Under the pieces are notes generated by a model, which worked only from the letters and a program-made list of their open reading frames with translations, had not been told where the DNA came from and searched no databases. This document shows positions 48,900 through 62,329 of a DNA stretch of 64,000 nucleotides, in pieces. This DNA is from Mobula hypostoma (lineage: Eukaryota), in the NCBI RefSeq assembly GCF_963921235.1, contig NC_086110.1, positions 744,001 to 808,000 of the forward strand. The letters run 5' to 3'. The position numbers and the translations under genes were made by a program. Numbering within the stretch: the stretch's first letter is position 1; each line of letters begins with the position of its first letter.

Positions 48900-49745
48900 C
48901 CTTTGAAAATACATCGAACTTATGAAGAGTTTGTTAAAGCCTAAGTCACTTTACTTAAAACTAAAGGGACAATCCTTTTGCTGGGGTAGGCCAGCGGGTC
49001 TTTATCATTTGTGGTCGGAAAAGAATGCTCCGAATTTTGTGTCGAGAAAATGCACCACTATCAGGAGTCACAAATCCAGAAACCGAATCTCGACTCAAAT
49101 ATCGACCATCCCTAACATCCCCCCAGATAATGCTGGATTCCCTGAGCCCATTCACTTTATCCATTGTATACTCCGGATTTCAGTGGATGCAGTTTGTCGG
49201 TGTTCTTTTTTTTTCTCCAAATAAAGTTACTACCCTGGTCAAATTGAGTTTCTTGGGCAGACATACCAGTGTGCAAACCTACTGACTGACTTCACCACAG
49301 TCTTGGCCTCGATATTTTCAGGAAACATGGTTCCAGGGAACCTAGACACAGCACACATAATTGTTAACAGATGCTGATAACCAGCTGCAGTCTTTGGCAA
49401 TGAGCCTACACAATCCACTATCACCCTAATAAAAAGGCTCACGAAAAGCAGGTATCAGTTTTACTCGTGCTACCTGAATAACCTGATGAGATTTCCTCTC
49501 AACTTGACAGGTATGACAAGTCCTGTAAAATTCCACAACGTCCTTTCTTAAACTGGGCAGCAAAAATCCTTCATAATCATGTTCACTGTCTTTCTCACTC
49601 CATGATGTTCACCTAAAGGAATACTGTAAGCCATGCTTAAAATTTCAGCCCTGTAAACTTTCGGAACCACCACTTGACTTGCAGGGTGGTTTCCTCATCA
49701 ACAGCCCATTATTAAGATAATATCCTACTTCCTCTCTCTGAGCAT
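48900..49745 (-). mobile_element. Gypsy integrase remnant (H2C2 zinc finger and rve core)
   Basis: VVPKVYRAEILSMAYSIPLGEHHGVRKT and IVDCVGSLPKTAAGYQHLLTIMCAVSRFP. Confidence 0.75.
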
Positions 49746-49749
49746 CCTC

Positions 49750-51150
49750 TCCTGTCTGAGCTATCTCCTTTGAAGCCACCACTTCAGAACCATGCTTCCA
49801 TTCCTCTATAAATTCCTTCCTCCATAGTTCAGACCAATGAAACCAGAAGAATCAGAAACTGAGCCTCTCCTGGAAGCCTATCAGCATCTTGGTAAATCTC
49901 CTGTGCAGCCTCCCTAAACTGCCCATACCCTTCTCATAATAAGCGAAACACAAATGAACTCCATATTCCAGGGTTTAATTGGTTCAAACATTTCCAATGT
50001 CCAGATAGTGTTTTGATAGAATACTGAAATTACATTGCGGCTCCTGAAAACAATCCCCTATCAATGAAAACCAATACACCATACGCCTTCTAAACAGCCC
50101 TCTCAACTTGCACCGTAAATTTTGGAGACCTATGGGCAGGAAACCAAGATCCATCGGTTCACACTACGAAGAATCCTATTATTAACACTGCAATTTGCCT
50201 TCAAATTTGAACATGCAAGATGAATAACCTTTCATTTTACCAGGTTGATTTCTATTTACAATTTCCCAGACCAGTTATGTACCCTGTTAAATCCCCATTG
50301 TAACTGAGAACAACATTCTACACTTTCCTCAAAGTTCCTGGTTTCCATAAACTTCCAAAGATACCCTTCCACTTCCTCATTCAAATAAATTATGAAAATG
50401 ATAAAGACCGGAGCTCCCAATACAGATCAGTGCTGAAAACCACTGGTCACCAATGTCCAAGGAAATTAAATGTGGTCCATCTACCACGACCCTCGTTGTT
50501 TTTTTTTTTCCGGGCATGCCAATTCAGTATGCACACAGCCAATTGTTCCAGGGTCCTATAACTCCTGACTTTCTGAATGACCCTACCATGGTAAACCTTA
50601 TCAAACTCCTTGCTAGGATCCGTATAAGTCACATAGGCTAGTAAACAATATGGGTTGTCATGATCTCAAAGAATTTAATTATGCTCGTGATGAGCCACTC
50701 CGTCCTCCTAAGGACATGCCTACTCTCCGTAATGAAGCTGTGCTTCAGCAAATACTTATAAATTCTGCTTCTGAGAATCTTGTACAATAACAGAGATTCA
50801 ATTCGTTTGAGTGGAAATTTGTATTTTGCTGAAAAGTAGAAGAATGCACTTTTAAGTGAATATCTTTGGCTGCATTTCCAGTTGATCAGCACATGGCTTT
50901 ATATTTGCACCTTTCACCGACGACGTTATTTGAATTCTCACCCGAGTATCTATTGGGAGCGAACTGCCTCCGAGAGTCAAAGGCATTCGATAGATTGAAC
51001 TCGTTGAGAAATTTCAAGGCTGATAATACATCTCCATCCTGATTTCTGATTAAACATGTTAATGCTACTCGAAGTATAATACTTCAGCCTTCTCACGCCA
51101 CAGATTCCTAGACCTGATTATTTATCTACCTCACCGTACTCCTCGTTAAT
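49750..51150 (-). mobile_element. Highly degraded CR1 RT/3' region
   Basis: TYTDPSKEFDKVYHGRVIQKV and IRSRIYKYLLKHSFITESRH. Confidence 0.6.
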
Positions 51151-52548
51151 CAGGAGCTTCATATATATACGGAAAACAAACTATTCCCTGTATGAGTACG
51201 TGTACAGTAACAAGATGCATCATTTAAAAAAAAATATATATAGTATGTTTCTACATATAATGAAACTGTGGAATATTTGTTTAGTGGAAATCATAAACAA
51301 TTAGTGACAATATATTACAATCTTGCCACAATCACTCGAAAATCAGTATTTAAGAAAATATGCAATATTTTTCATTAAAATAAAAACACCTGAAGAGGTT
51401 AAGCATGGGGTTGTGCAGCATGCAACGGGTACAGCGTAGAAAATGTAGCATTGCACTCAAATCTGTTCCTGCAATTGCCACTAATTAAAATATTAAGATT
51501 GGGGATGAATGTAAGAAATGATATAGAATACGTTTTGTTGTTTCTCTGATAAAATGTACATGTGCATAACTCAGATATAAGTAAAGTGCCAAAGTGAATA
51601 ATTATTATTCTGCTGCCTTTGTTGCCCTTTACATGACTTGTAAATTGGAATGCAATATGTGTACTTGAGAGGTAGAGAAAAAGTATATTAAATTCATTGG
51701 AATAACGCATGTTAAGTTGTGGTATTTACAACATTTGGTTAAAGAGGCAATCATGCTAATACTTCATGGTGGAGCTAAGAGCTGTGTTGAGCTTTCAGGT
51801 TATTCTGGTAAAACATTATTCCATAGGAAATGTTAACATTTCATTTATTTTTTTTTTCTATCTCTTTCTGCACATCGTCTTCATTTGGTCTTTCCGATCC
51901 ATATTTCTGCAGCGTTTGCTTTTAGAAACAAATGGTACCCTAAATCTGAAACCACCTTCCAGTCTGTTTGACACCGTTAATAACTTGTTTAGTTTCATAA
52001 TTTATTAACTAACTGGAAGCTATCGTTCCATAGCATGTTTAAGTGACTGCAGAGTACATGGTAGGTAAAGGAATATGTCATATATGACACCAGAAAGTGA
52101 AAGCTTGAAGTTTCCTCAGTGTGATACTTCGAATATGGTAATTGATCACATGAGGAAAAAAGCTTGCATAGAATTATTCTATTTAAATTTCACATATCAT
52201 CGAGAGTAACTGTATCTATCTAAGTAATTTCAAAGGAAGCAATGGATCTTTTCTTAAGTTTGACACAGGTAATCAAAGTTAATTGAAGATGCAAGTGCAC
52301 GAAGTTAAAATCCGGATTATTAAACTGTGTTTGTGGTACAACGATAACATTATTCTTACATCAGAACGGTATAGCACAAGGACATGTCCTTCTGACCACA
52401 GTGCTGTGCTAACCTAGCTAAAACGTAAATATATATATAAAAAAATGAATCCCTCCGAACTAAGCAATGTCCATACAGAACAATATTTTGTTTCCTGCAC
52501 ATCAGCTAAAATGCATTTTAATTAGGATGACGAATGACAAAGGTATAT

Positions 52549-52830
52549 GGCTGGATGGTAACGTAGTGGTTAGCAAAACCATCTACAGTAAGGGTGACCT
52601 TGCTCTATTCCCGCCTCTGCATGTAAGGAGCTTGTACATGCTTCCCGTGACCGTGTGCATTTCCTCCGGGTGCTCCGGTTTCGTCCCACAGTCCATAAGA
52701 TCTAGCAGTTTGTAGGTTAATTGTTCATTGTAAATTGTCCCGTGATTAGGGTAGGATTAGATCGGGGGATTGCTGGAAAGGCCTATTCTGTACGGTAAAT
52801 AAATTCATTCATAAATAAACAAACAAATGA
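52549..52830 (+). mobile_element. V-SINE (HE1-like tRNA SINE of sharks and rays)
   Basis: A-box-like ggtaacgtagtggttagc and the V-domain core tttcctccgggtgctccggtttcgtcccacagtcca, with an A-rich tail. Confidence 0.75.
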
Positions 52831-52956
52831 ATATGTTACATATTGCTTTAATATTCCAAAATATTCAAAAAAATTGTCGCTGAGGAAGCACAAGAGAATT
52901 CAAATGCTCGATCTATGAAACAACAAAAAAGAAAATTCTGGAGGAATTTAGCATCA

Positions 52957-53262
52957 TTAAGACGTCTCAGGTACCTATCATAGCTTCTCTACTAAGATTC
53001 AGAAATTCCATAGAACAATCAGTTTGCTGGGGAAGCTTAGCAGTTTGAGTAGCATCTATAGTACAAACTAATTTGTTGACGTTCCAGGTAAGAACTCTGC
53101 GTCGTTACAGAGCGTGGAGCCAATTAGAGTTCTGACCTGAAAAGTCAACCAGTTCTTTTCTCCTATGGATGCCACTTAAACTGCGTCTCCAGCAGATTTA
53201 TTGCTGTACAGAATTACTGAATCTCAATCGTGAATCTATGATAGGTACCTGAGACGTCTTAA
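52957..53262. mobile_element. 306-bp foldback (MITE-like) element with TTAA ends and perfect 27-nt inverted termini
   Basis: TTAAGACGTCTCAGGTACCTATCATAG (52957-52983) is the exact reverse complement of 53236-53262. The inner arms are imperfect inverted copies of a Penelope-type terminus. Confidence 0.75.
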
Positions 53263-54054
53263 AAAGGGCAAGTTGCTTTAACAGTTACTGCTCATTCAAA
53301 GTGCTTAATATTTGCCGTCTCAGTGATTAGTCACTTACAGCTTGTCTTAAATGTTTCTGTGTTAATTGTCTAACGAGCTACTGAGTGAGACAATACAGTA
53401 ATTTGTCCACTAAACCCTTGTTGATAATCTGAACCAATGTCGTCTGTTTTTGGTAGAAGTTCTTTCTTATCCATCGCTCCAATTTAAACTTGGAGTCCAA
53501 TACATAATCGTATCATTTGATTTTGTCACTATCTCTCGCTGGCAGTAGCAAACAGCAATAGCTCCCTGTGTAAAATGTTAGTGCTGAGATCCTCAAGATA
53601 TTTCTGTTTTCATATATCTTCTTGATAGAGACAGAGAGATGGGGGGGGGGGGCGGGGGAGAGGTGACAGTAATGGCCTAAGTGTTTCTAACGATAGTGTG
53701 GAGTTTGAAGGAAACGTTGAGGTAATTAACGAGCTCAGTATGGATGTATGAAGTCAGCAATATAGCAATACCCATATAGTTGACAATGTAGCGCAGAATG
53801 CATCTATAGAACTGCTCTGGTGTTATTTAAGAAATTACACAATACTATTCATATGAAAGAGGTTTATATGCCTCCTGATTGAACGACAGAGAACTAATAT
53901 CAGTGTTTGACTATAAATTGGAATACCCTTTGGAAGTTTACCCTGTCATGATAGATTTCTGATTGCCATGGTCCTAAAAATAACAAATTAATGAATCTTT
54001 TCTGAACTATTGTTGAACTTACGAATGAAATTCCAGTGGTACTTTGTCAAATAT

Positions 54055-55700
54055 AGAAAACATAACATTGAACAGCACATCACAGCAACAGGCTCTTTGG
54101 CCCTCAAGGCTGTGCTGACTCAGTTAAAACATAAATAAAACTGCCCAAAACCTAATATCTCCAACCTATAAAATGTCCCTCTCCGCCATCTTCTTCATAT
54201 TCTTGTGCCTATCTGAACATCACTTCAAAGTCTCCAGGAAGCACAATTCAGCGGTCGCTGAGTAAAATAAAAGTACCGTTCACATCCCCTTGAACCTATT
54301 CTCTCTCATCTTCAATGCATGCCCTTTGGTTTTAGACATTTTACCCTGAGAAGATAGATACTCCCAGAGTACTCCATCTATGCCTCTCATGATCTTATAA
54401 ACCCTCATCTGACCTCACCCTAGACTCCGCGGCTCCAAATTAAACAACCAAAGTTTGTCCCGCCTCTCATGAAAGCAGATATCCTCTAAACCAGTAGCTT
54501 CTGCACCCTCTCCAAAGTCAGAACATCCTTCCAATAGTGGGCTAACCAGAATTTTATGCACTTCCTAAGACGTGACCTAATCAGAGTTCAGTAGCGTGTC
54601 AACATAAGCTCTTTACTTTAGAAATCAATGCCTCAACTAATAACAGTAAGCATTCCATAAGCCTTCTGAACCTCCCTACGGATTTATGCAGCCACGTTCA
54701 TAGAAATGAACTTGGACCCCAAGATCTCTCTGGTCAGCAACACTGTTAAGGGTCTTGCCTGTAACAGTATGCTATCTTCTTGCATTTGCCCTGCCAAGTT
54801 GTAACACCATCTGCCATATCTCTGTCTAAATCTGCAACTGATCAGTATCTTGCCGTATTTTTTGCCAGTCTTCTACAGGATACAAAACTACACCAATCTT
54901 GGCATCAACCGCAAACGTATCAACCCACCTACATTTGTAACCACAAACAGCCGTGGTCCCATCACGGATCCTTGCGGAACTCCACTAAGTGCAGTTCTAC
55001 AGCTCGAATCAGTCCCTTGAATCACTGTCCTCTGTCTTCTATTTGCAAGCCAATTCTGGATCCAACCAGCCAATTCACCATAGACCGCATGCATTTTAAT
55101 GCCCTGGTTAGCTTCACATGAGGGTCTTTGTCAAACGCTTACTAAGATTCATGTAGACAACATCCAATGCCCTAGGTTCATCAAACTTTTGTCACCTTGT
55201 CAGAAAACACAATCAAATTGAAAGGATACAACTTGCACCAACCAGAGCACCCTGGCTCTCCCTAATTAGACCATGGGTTTCCAAATGCTCATATATCCTA
55301 TCACTTATAATTTTCTCCAGCAATTTGCACACGACTATTGTTATACACAAGTCTGTAGTTCACAGAGGTTTCCCTTGTGCACCACTTACATGACGTATAA
55401 AGTTAGCCACTAGCCAGATGCTCGAAACCTCTCCTATGCCTAGAGAGGACACAATGATACGGGGCGGACTGAAGGCTTCTTGTCTCTTGCATTCTTCAAA
55501 TGCCAGGAGTAAATCCCATCTGTCAGGGGTATTGTCCACCTTAGCACTGATTTGGAGACTTAACGCTTCTTCCTCCATGACCTTTAAACGCCCTAATATA
55601 TTCATGCACTCAGTACTGATCCCCTGATCCGCTATCTCTTTTCCCTTGGTAAACGCTGAAGCAAAGTATGCAGTAAAAACTTCAAAGCTCCTACGTCTCA
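54055..55700 (-). mobile_element. Degraded CR1 RT and 3' end
   Basis: AGWIQNWLANRRQRTVI..SGVPQGSVMGP on minus. Confidence 0.65.
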
Positions 55701-55734
55701 GTAGTCCGAATTAATATCAACAAATGTATATAAT

Positions 55735-55960
55735 ATACATCCTTGAGCAAGGCACTTAACCAGCGATTGCTCTGCGATGTCACCGGTTGCAAGCTATATG
55801 GGTCCTAATGCCCTTCCCTTGGACAACATCCGTGGCGTGGAGAGGGGAGACTTGCAGCATTGTCAACTGCCTGTCTTCCATATAACCTTGCCAGGCCTGG
55901 GCCCCGGAAATTTTCCAAGGCGCAAATCCATGGTCTCATCAGATTATCCTATGCCTATAT
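55735..55960 (+). mobile_element. 5'-truncated SINE remnant
   Basis: ccttgagcaaggcacttaacc is the post-B-box segment typical of fish tRNA SINEs. Confidence 0.4.
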
Positions 55961-56369
55961 ATAATATACAACCTGAAATTCTTGCTCCTCATAAACATCC
56001 ACGAAAACAGAGTACCCCAACGAATGAATGACAATAAAAACAACATAACCACAAAGCTTCCTTCTCCCTCATCTCACGCACAAGCAGTAACAATGCATCA
56101 TCCCTCCCGTTTCCCATCCCCCACTTACTTTATTCGAAATGCATCAGCACCAACCACCGACCACCCACAGTCGCAAATCCCCTTCAGAAGACCATGATCT
56201 TCAGTTATGAAAAAAAAGACAACTAACCGTTTACCCGACCAATGTTACATGCCACGAGCTCTCTTAATACCTAATAAACTGACAGAGATGTCACTCATGT
56301 AACAGGCTCTCTCTTTTTCTCTCTGCTTCTCCCTGATAAAGAGGGGAAGAGAAGAGACCAGTACTGTTA

Positions 56370-58075
56370 ATAAGCTGTAGCGTGTGTTGGTCTTCATCAA
56401 AGTGGGCCGTGAGGAAATATTGCTACATAAGACTTTGGTTAGATCCCCACGTGGAGTATGTGTTCATTTCTGGTCACCTCACTACAAGAATGATGTGGAT
56501 GCTATAGACAGAGTGCACAGGAGATTCACTGGGATGTTGCCTGGACTGCCGAGCATGACTTACGAGATAGGTTAAGTCACCTTGACCTTTTCCCTGAGAA
56601 ATAGAGGATGAGAGGATACCTGTTAGAGGTGTATAAGATGATAAGAGGCATTGATGCTGTGAACAACGAGAGGTATTTTTTCCTAGGGTTGAGGGGGCAA
56701 TTTTAAGGTTCATGGAAATAGTTACAATGGGGATATGAGAGGTTTTTTTTTTTGGTCACTGAGAGTGGTGGGTGCGTAGAATGCACAGCCTGTGAAGTTG
56801 GTAGAGGCGGATACAAAAGGGTCTTTTAAGAGACTGTTAGGTAGGTACGTGGAGCTTAGAAAAATCTAGGGCTATGAGTTAGGGTAATATTAGGCAGTTT
56901 CTAGAGTGGGTTACATGTTCTATGTTCTGGCTCTATGTGGTCTATGAACGTTGATGAAGACAAGGCAGGTAATGGTATTCATATGGACTTAAGTAAGGCA
57001 TTTGACAAGGTCCTGCATGGGAGATTGGGCAAGGCGTTAAGTCGCTCGGCATTCAATGTGCAGTGGTAAATTGCAGTAGATGTTGGCTGTGCGGGCGAAG
57101 CCAGGAAGTGGTAGTAGATGGCTTCCTCTTTGACTGGAAGCCTGTGACTAGTGGTGTCTGTGGGTATCTGTGCTGGGTCCATTGCTGCTTGTTATTTATA
57201 TCAATGATCTGGATATTAATGTGGCTTACTGGATCAACAAATTTGCGACTGATGCCAAGAGTGGGGGTGTTTTAGACATTGAGAGAGACTATTATGGTTT
57301 GTCGCGGGATCTGGGTCAGCTGGAAAGGAGGACTCAAAAATGGTAGATGGAATTTAATGCAGAAAATTGCCAGGTGTTGTGCTTCAGTGGGGTCAACTAC
57401 GATTCGTTTACATAGTGAATGGTAGGACACTGTGGTGTGTAGTATAACTATTCAGGTTCATAATTCATTGAAACCGACGCCACAGGTAGATAGGGTCGGA
57501 AATAAAGCATTTAGTACAGCGACAATCATAAAACAAAATATTGAGTACAGGAGATTTTCAAGTTGAATTGGACATTCACCAGCCCTAATTTGTGCAGTTT
57601 TAGTCAGCTACGTACAGGAAAGATGGAAGTTTCGTTGAAAGAGTATAATGATTTTTTATAAGTTTGTTGACGGGTCTGGAGGACCTGAGTTTATGGAATG
57701 CTTGACTAAGTTCGAACTTAATTCCTGGATGGTAGAAGATTGAGAGAGATATACAAGATTAGAAAGGGTGTAGATAGGGCAAATGCAAGCAGGGTTTTTT
57801 TTCACTAGGGAAGGGTGTGACGAAAACGAGCAGTCATAGGTTAAGGCTGAAAGGCGGAAAGTTTAAGAGGAATATCAGGGGGAAATTCTTCTCAAAAGTG
57901 TCCTAAGAATGTTGTCAAGCTTCCATTTTGAAAGATTAAGGGAGGTTTGAATCGATACATGGATGGTAGAGGCTCCAGTGGTCCCAATGGGAGTTTGCAA
58001 TTCAGATGGTTCAATGCGGACTGTATGGGCCGAAGGGCCTGATTCTGTGCTGTACTTGTCTGTGAATCTATGACC
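56370..58075 (+). mobile_element. Two tandem degraded CR1 3' halves
   Basis: LHKTLVRSPRGVCVHFWSPH at ~56430, a YMDLSKAFDKV-like segment at ~56980, and CR1 3' tails at ~56930 and ~58070. Confidence 0.7.
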
Positions 58076-58559
58076 TTAAACAAATTCCCCGTGTTTTTCA
58101 TTGAATGGTCCTACCTCTCCCAACTTATTCTCTTTTTTTCTTGATGTATATATAGAATTCTTTGGGATTCATCTTAATCCTACTTGTCAAGGGCTTATCA
58201 TGACCCCTCTCAAGTTTCCTATTTCTATTCTCAAGTTATTTCTGGATTTTTTATAATCCTCATATGCCACGTTTGATCTTAGCTTCCAAAGCTTCATATA
58301 CTTCTCATTTTCCTTCTTGTCTAAATTCATCACCTCTCTTTACATCCAAGGTACTGTTTCCTTTCCATCCCTGTCCTTCCCTCTGAATGTGCTTTGCAAA
58401 AAGTTTTTGCATTCTTCCAATTTTAGCAGCAATATAAGCAATAGCCAGCAAACGGCGTGTAGACAAAACATCCCATAATAAATTCATAGGCATCCCAACT
58501 GTGCCTATGATACACATAAGATCCTATCTCAACATTTTTGTGCTAGTGCGGGACTGAAA

Positions 58560-61500
58560 CAATTTTATTTGAATAAAGAGGGAAATTTCTGGTTGGCTGC
58601 ATGTGGTCCGCAGGGATCGGTGTTGGTGGTTTGAGGAAGCAGGGAATCTGAAGAGGAAGATATTCAGATTAGAATGGACAAATGATGGACATATGGAATT
58701 TCGGCTAGGGCAGTATAAGCTCATACATTTGGTCGAAATGAAAATGTGAACAGAGAGATAATTCAAAAATCGGAGGAATAATGTGGCTGAGGCTTTATAA
58801 GGTATTCGTTAAACCACACTTAGTGAGCAATTGAGTGAGTATAGTGAGCAAATTTGGACACCTGATCCAAAAAAAAGCTGTCCTGACACTGGAGAGGATC
58901 CAGAGCATGTTGAGGAGAATTGAAGAATTTACAGTATGAGAAACATTTATTGGTTTCCTGTACACTCTGGAGTTCAGAGTGATGGCGGGGGGGGGGGCGG
59001 ATTGAGTGGAAGTGTCTTGGGCCAGAGGGTACAGCAGCAGAACACAAGGTCGACCTTCTACACCAGAGATGAGGAAGAATATTTTGGCGGCCTGTAATTA
59101 ATCTGTAGAATGCATCGCCACTCACTGCTGAGTATCTTTAGAGCAGAGATACATGGAATCTTGATTATTCAGTTGTTGGGCAATGCAACTGGTGAGCTAA
59201 CTGACCTTTCTGTCGGTTCGCAGATAGGGAACAGTGACCACAACTCCTTAACTCTCAGGATAGCTATAGATAAGGATGGATAGGTGTTTATAAGAGTATT
59301 TTTGCTGGAGTAAGGCAAATTACAAGTGTTTTAGGAAAGAACTAAGACGAGATTATTGGCTATGCCTTTTATTTCTGACAAGTCCACATCAGTCATCTGG
59401 ATGGTGTTTAAAGATCAGTTGCGCAGAATACTGGAAAGCTATGTACCTGTTACAATGAAAAACAAGGATGGAAAGATATTCGAACTTTGGATATCCAGAG
59501 AGCTGATGAAGTTAGTCAAGAAGAAGCATGATAATTCCGTACAGCTTCGGAAGTTAAGCTCTACTGGAGCACATGAGGTGTATAAAGCAGCCAGAAAAGA
59601 GCCAAAATAAAAAAAAAAAGAATTAAGAAAGCCAGAAAAGGCCATGAAAAGTTATTAGCAGGTAATATTAAGGATCAAGAATAAATATAGGAAAATTCGC
59701 TTAGATGCAGAGAATGTAATTGAGGTACCTAATGAGTACATTGTTTCAGTGTTTCCCGACAAGAAGGACATGAAGAACCATGTGATTAATTTTGTGTGAA
59801 TCAGTATTTTAGGGCATGCAGAGGTTGAAGAAGAGGAAGTGTAGGTCTCCTTAGTGCACTCATGTGGATGTCATCAAGTCCCGATAGGATTTAGCCAAGA
59901 TCATGGAAGGAGGCAATAGACGAGATTGCTCAGGCCTTGACTAGAAATCTCGTGTCCTTTCTGGGAAAGACAAGGTTCCGGACGAGTAGCGGTTGGCTAA
60001 TGTTGTATTTCTATTTGAGAAGGAAAGAAGGGAAAATCCTGGGAAGTATAGACTGGGGAGTCAGGCGTCAGTTGTTGGGAAATTCCTGGACATCATTCAT
60101 AGAGATAGGATATTGTTAGGGGCAAATGTTAAGGATGAGGTGATGGAGTACTTGGTGACACAGGACAAGATAGTACAAAGTCAACTTGGTTTCCTGCAGG
60201 GAAAATCCTGCCTGAACAATCTATTCGAATTCCTTCAGGTTATTACCAGTTGGATAGATAAAGGGCATGCAGTGGATGTTATATATATGGACTGCTTAAG
60301 AGCCCATGGTATTACAAGAAAGTTACTAACATGGTTAGAGCTTTGGCTGCTTGCTAGGAGGCCGCGAGTGGGAATCAAATGATCCTTTTCTGGTTGGCTG
60401 CCAGTGACTAGCTGTGTTCCACAGGGGTCGCTGTTGGGACCACTTCTTTTTGTGCCGTATATAAATGATTTAGATGATGGAACAGACTGTTTTGTTTCCA
60501 AATTTTAGATTATGTGAACACACAGACCTCTTTTATTGTCACTTACAAATACATACATGCATTAAGAAATGATACAATGTTTCTCAGGAGTGATATCACA
60601 GAAAATAGGACAAACCAAAGACTAACACTGAAGGAACCACATGATTATAGCATATAGTTACAGCAGGAAAAGCAATACCATAATTTAATGAAGAACAAAC
60701 CATGGGCACGGTAAAAAAAAAAGTCTCAAAAGTCCCCGAGTCGACCGACTCCCGAGTCTCCGATGGCAGGCGGCAAAATAGTAAAACTTCCTGCCATAAA
60801 CCTCCAGGCACCGTCAACTTGCCGATGCCTTGGAAGCAGCCGACCACAGCCAGAACACAGTCCGTCCGTCCGAACACATCGAGCCTCCGAGCAGTCCCTC
60901 CGACAGAGCCTCCCGAGCGCCCTCGACCTAACCCCGGCCGCTGAAACAAGCAAAGCCGAGTATTCGGGGCATTCTGATCCCGAGATTCCGATTACCAGAC
61001 AGCAGCAGCGGCAGCGAAGCGGGCACTTCAGAAGTTTTCCAGATGTTCCTCCGTACTCTTACCGCCGTCTCCATCAAATCAGATTTGTGCCGGGTCCCCT
61101 ACATGATAGACAACAGATATTCATCACTGGAGAGTCTGCGCGCGCTGCCGTCGCGCCGCCATCTTCTCCTCAATGTAGATGATACAGAGTTTGGTGGAGT
61201 GGCAGGTAGTGTTGAGGAAACAGGCAGGATGCAGAAGGACAGTCAGATTAGGAGAATGGGCAAGAATGTGGCAAATGAAATACAATGCCGGAAAATGCAT
61301 GGTCATGCAATTTTGTATTAGCACGCATTGTTTTCGAATCGGGGAGATAATCCAGGAATCTGACTTGCAGAGGGATTTGGCAGTCCTAATGCAGAAAACA
61401 CTGAATTTTACCTTGCAGTCTGAGTCGGAATCGAGGAAGGCAAATGTCGTGTTATCAATCATTTCAAGAGATCTACCTCTGCCCCTTTGCCATCCTATTC
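58560..61500 (+). mobile_element. Degraded CR1 pieces; the RT is interrupted at ~60495-61171 by a CpG-rich element
   Basis: [23 protein letters not shown], then KF..DDT split by the insertion and resuming LGEWARMWQMKYN. Confidence 0.7.
60495..61171 (-). mobile_element. ~670-nt CpG-rich non-coding retroelement, copy 1
   Basis: The 5' end GAGGAGAAGATGGCGGCGCGACG and the 3' end catttcttaatgcatg..aataaaagaggtctgtgtgttcacataatct are both shared with copy 2. Confidence 0.65.
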
Positions 61501-61547
61501 CCAAATGGACATTGAACCCTTCGACAGAACCTCGCTCTTTGGAGGAG

Positions 61548-62190
61548 GGAGGAGAAGATGGCGGGGCGACGCAGCGCACGCGGCCATTCCGAATGTTATA
61601 GTATATGTAACTAGGGGCCGTGCACAATCCGCATTTGATGGAGACAGCCGTGAGAAGCGCAGAGAAGCATCCGGAGTAACTTCTGAAATGCCTGCTTCGC
61701 TGCCTCTGCTACTGTGTGATCGAGAATATCCGGAGACGAAGCCCCAAATACTAGGCTTTGCGTATCACCTGTTGCCGGGGCCGGGATCGAAGCTCTCGGC
61801 ACAGATGGTGCTCGGTGCTCGGCGTCGAATAGGTGGTCGGAGGTTCGGAGTTTTTCGGACGGACTCGGAGGCGGACTGTGGACGGATGCTTACAGGATGC
61901 TGCAGAGGCAATTTGGCGGCTTTGGAGGTTTACCGTCTGCTTGAGAAGATTGGACTTTCGAGAGACTTTACTGTGCCATGGTCTGTTCTTAGCAAATTAC
62001 GGTATTTTTTTGCACTGTTGTAACTATATGCTATAATTTTGTGTTTTCTGTGAGTTTTTTTAAATCGGTTTGTCATGTGTTTTTCGTGATATCATTCTGG
62101 AAAAAACATTTTATCATTTCTTAATGCATGCATTACTAAATTACAATGAAAGGGGTCTACGTGTCCTCATAATCATAATCATAATGAACA
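61548..62190 (+). mobile_element. ~640-nt CpG-rich non-coding retroelement, copy 2
   Basis: 5' GGAGAAGATGGCGGGGCGACG and 3' catttcttaatgcatg..gtgtcctc(ATAATC)n. Confidence 0.65.
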
Positions 62191-62329
62191 TAATCATATA
62201 TATTTCCGTACTTTGCACGATTTTTAATCTTTTCAATATACGTATACAGTAATGTATGTATTATTAATATAATTTTTCCTATATTATGTATTGCATTGAA
62301 CTGCTGCTGCTAAGTTTTAGCAATATTTT

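Noticed and set aside
51766-52008. Hydrophobic ORF MVELRAVLSF.. as a leader or TM exon of a second gene
   Set aside because: The hydrophobicity comes from T-rich sequence, and there are no convincing splice sites or downstream exons.
52549-52620. tRNA gene
   Set aside because: Only a degenerate A box is present, followed by the V-SINE core. It is a SINE head and does not form a cloverleaf.
60596-62036. Overlapping GC-rich ORFs of 60-180 aa
   Set aside because: They lie in the two CpG-rich repeat copies and a CR1 fragment, and no frame is conserved between the copies.
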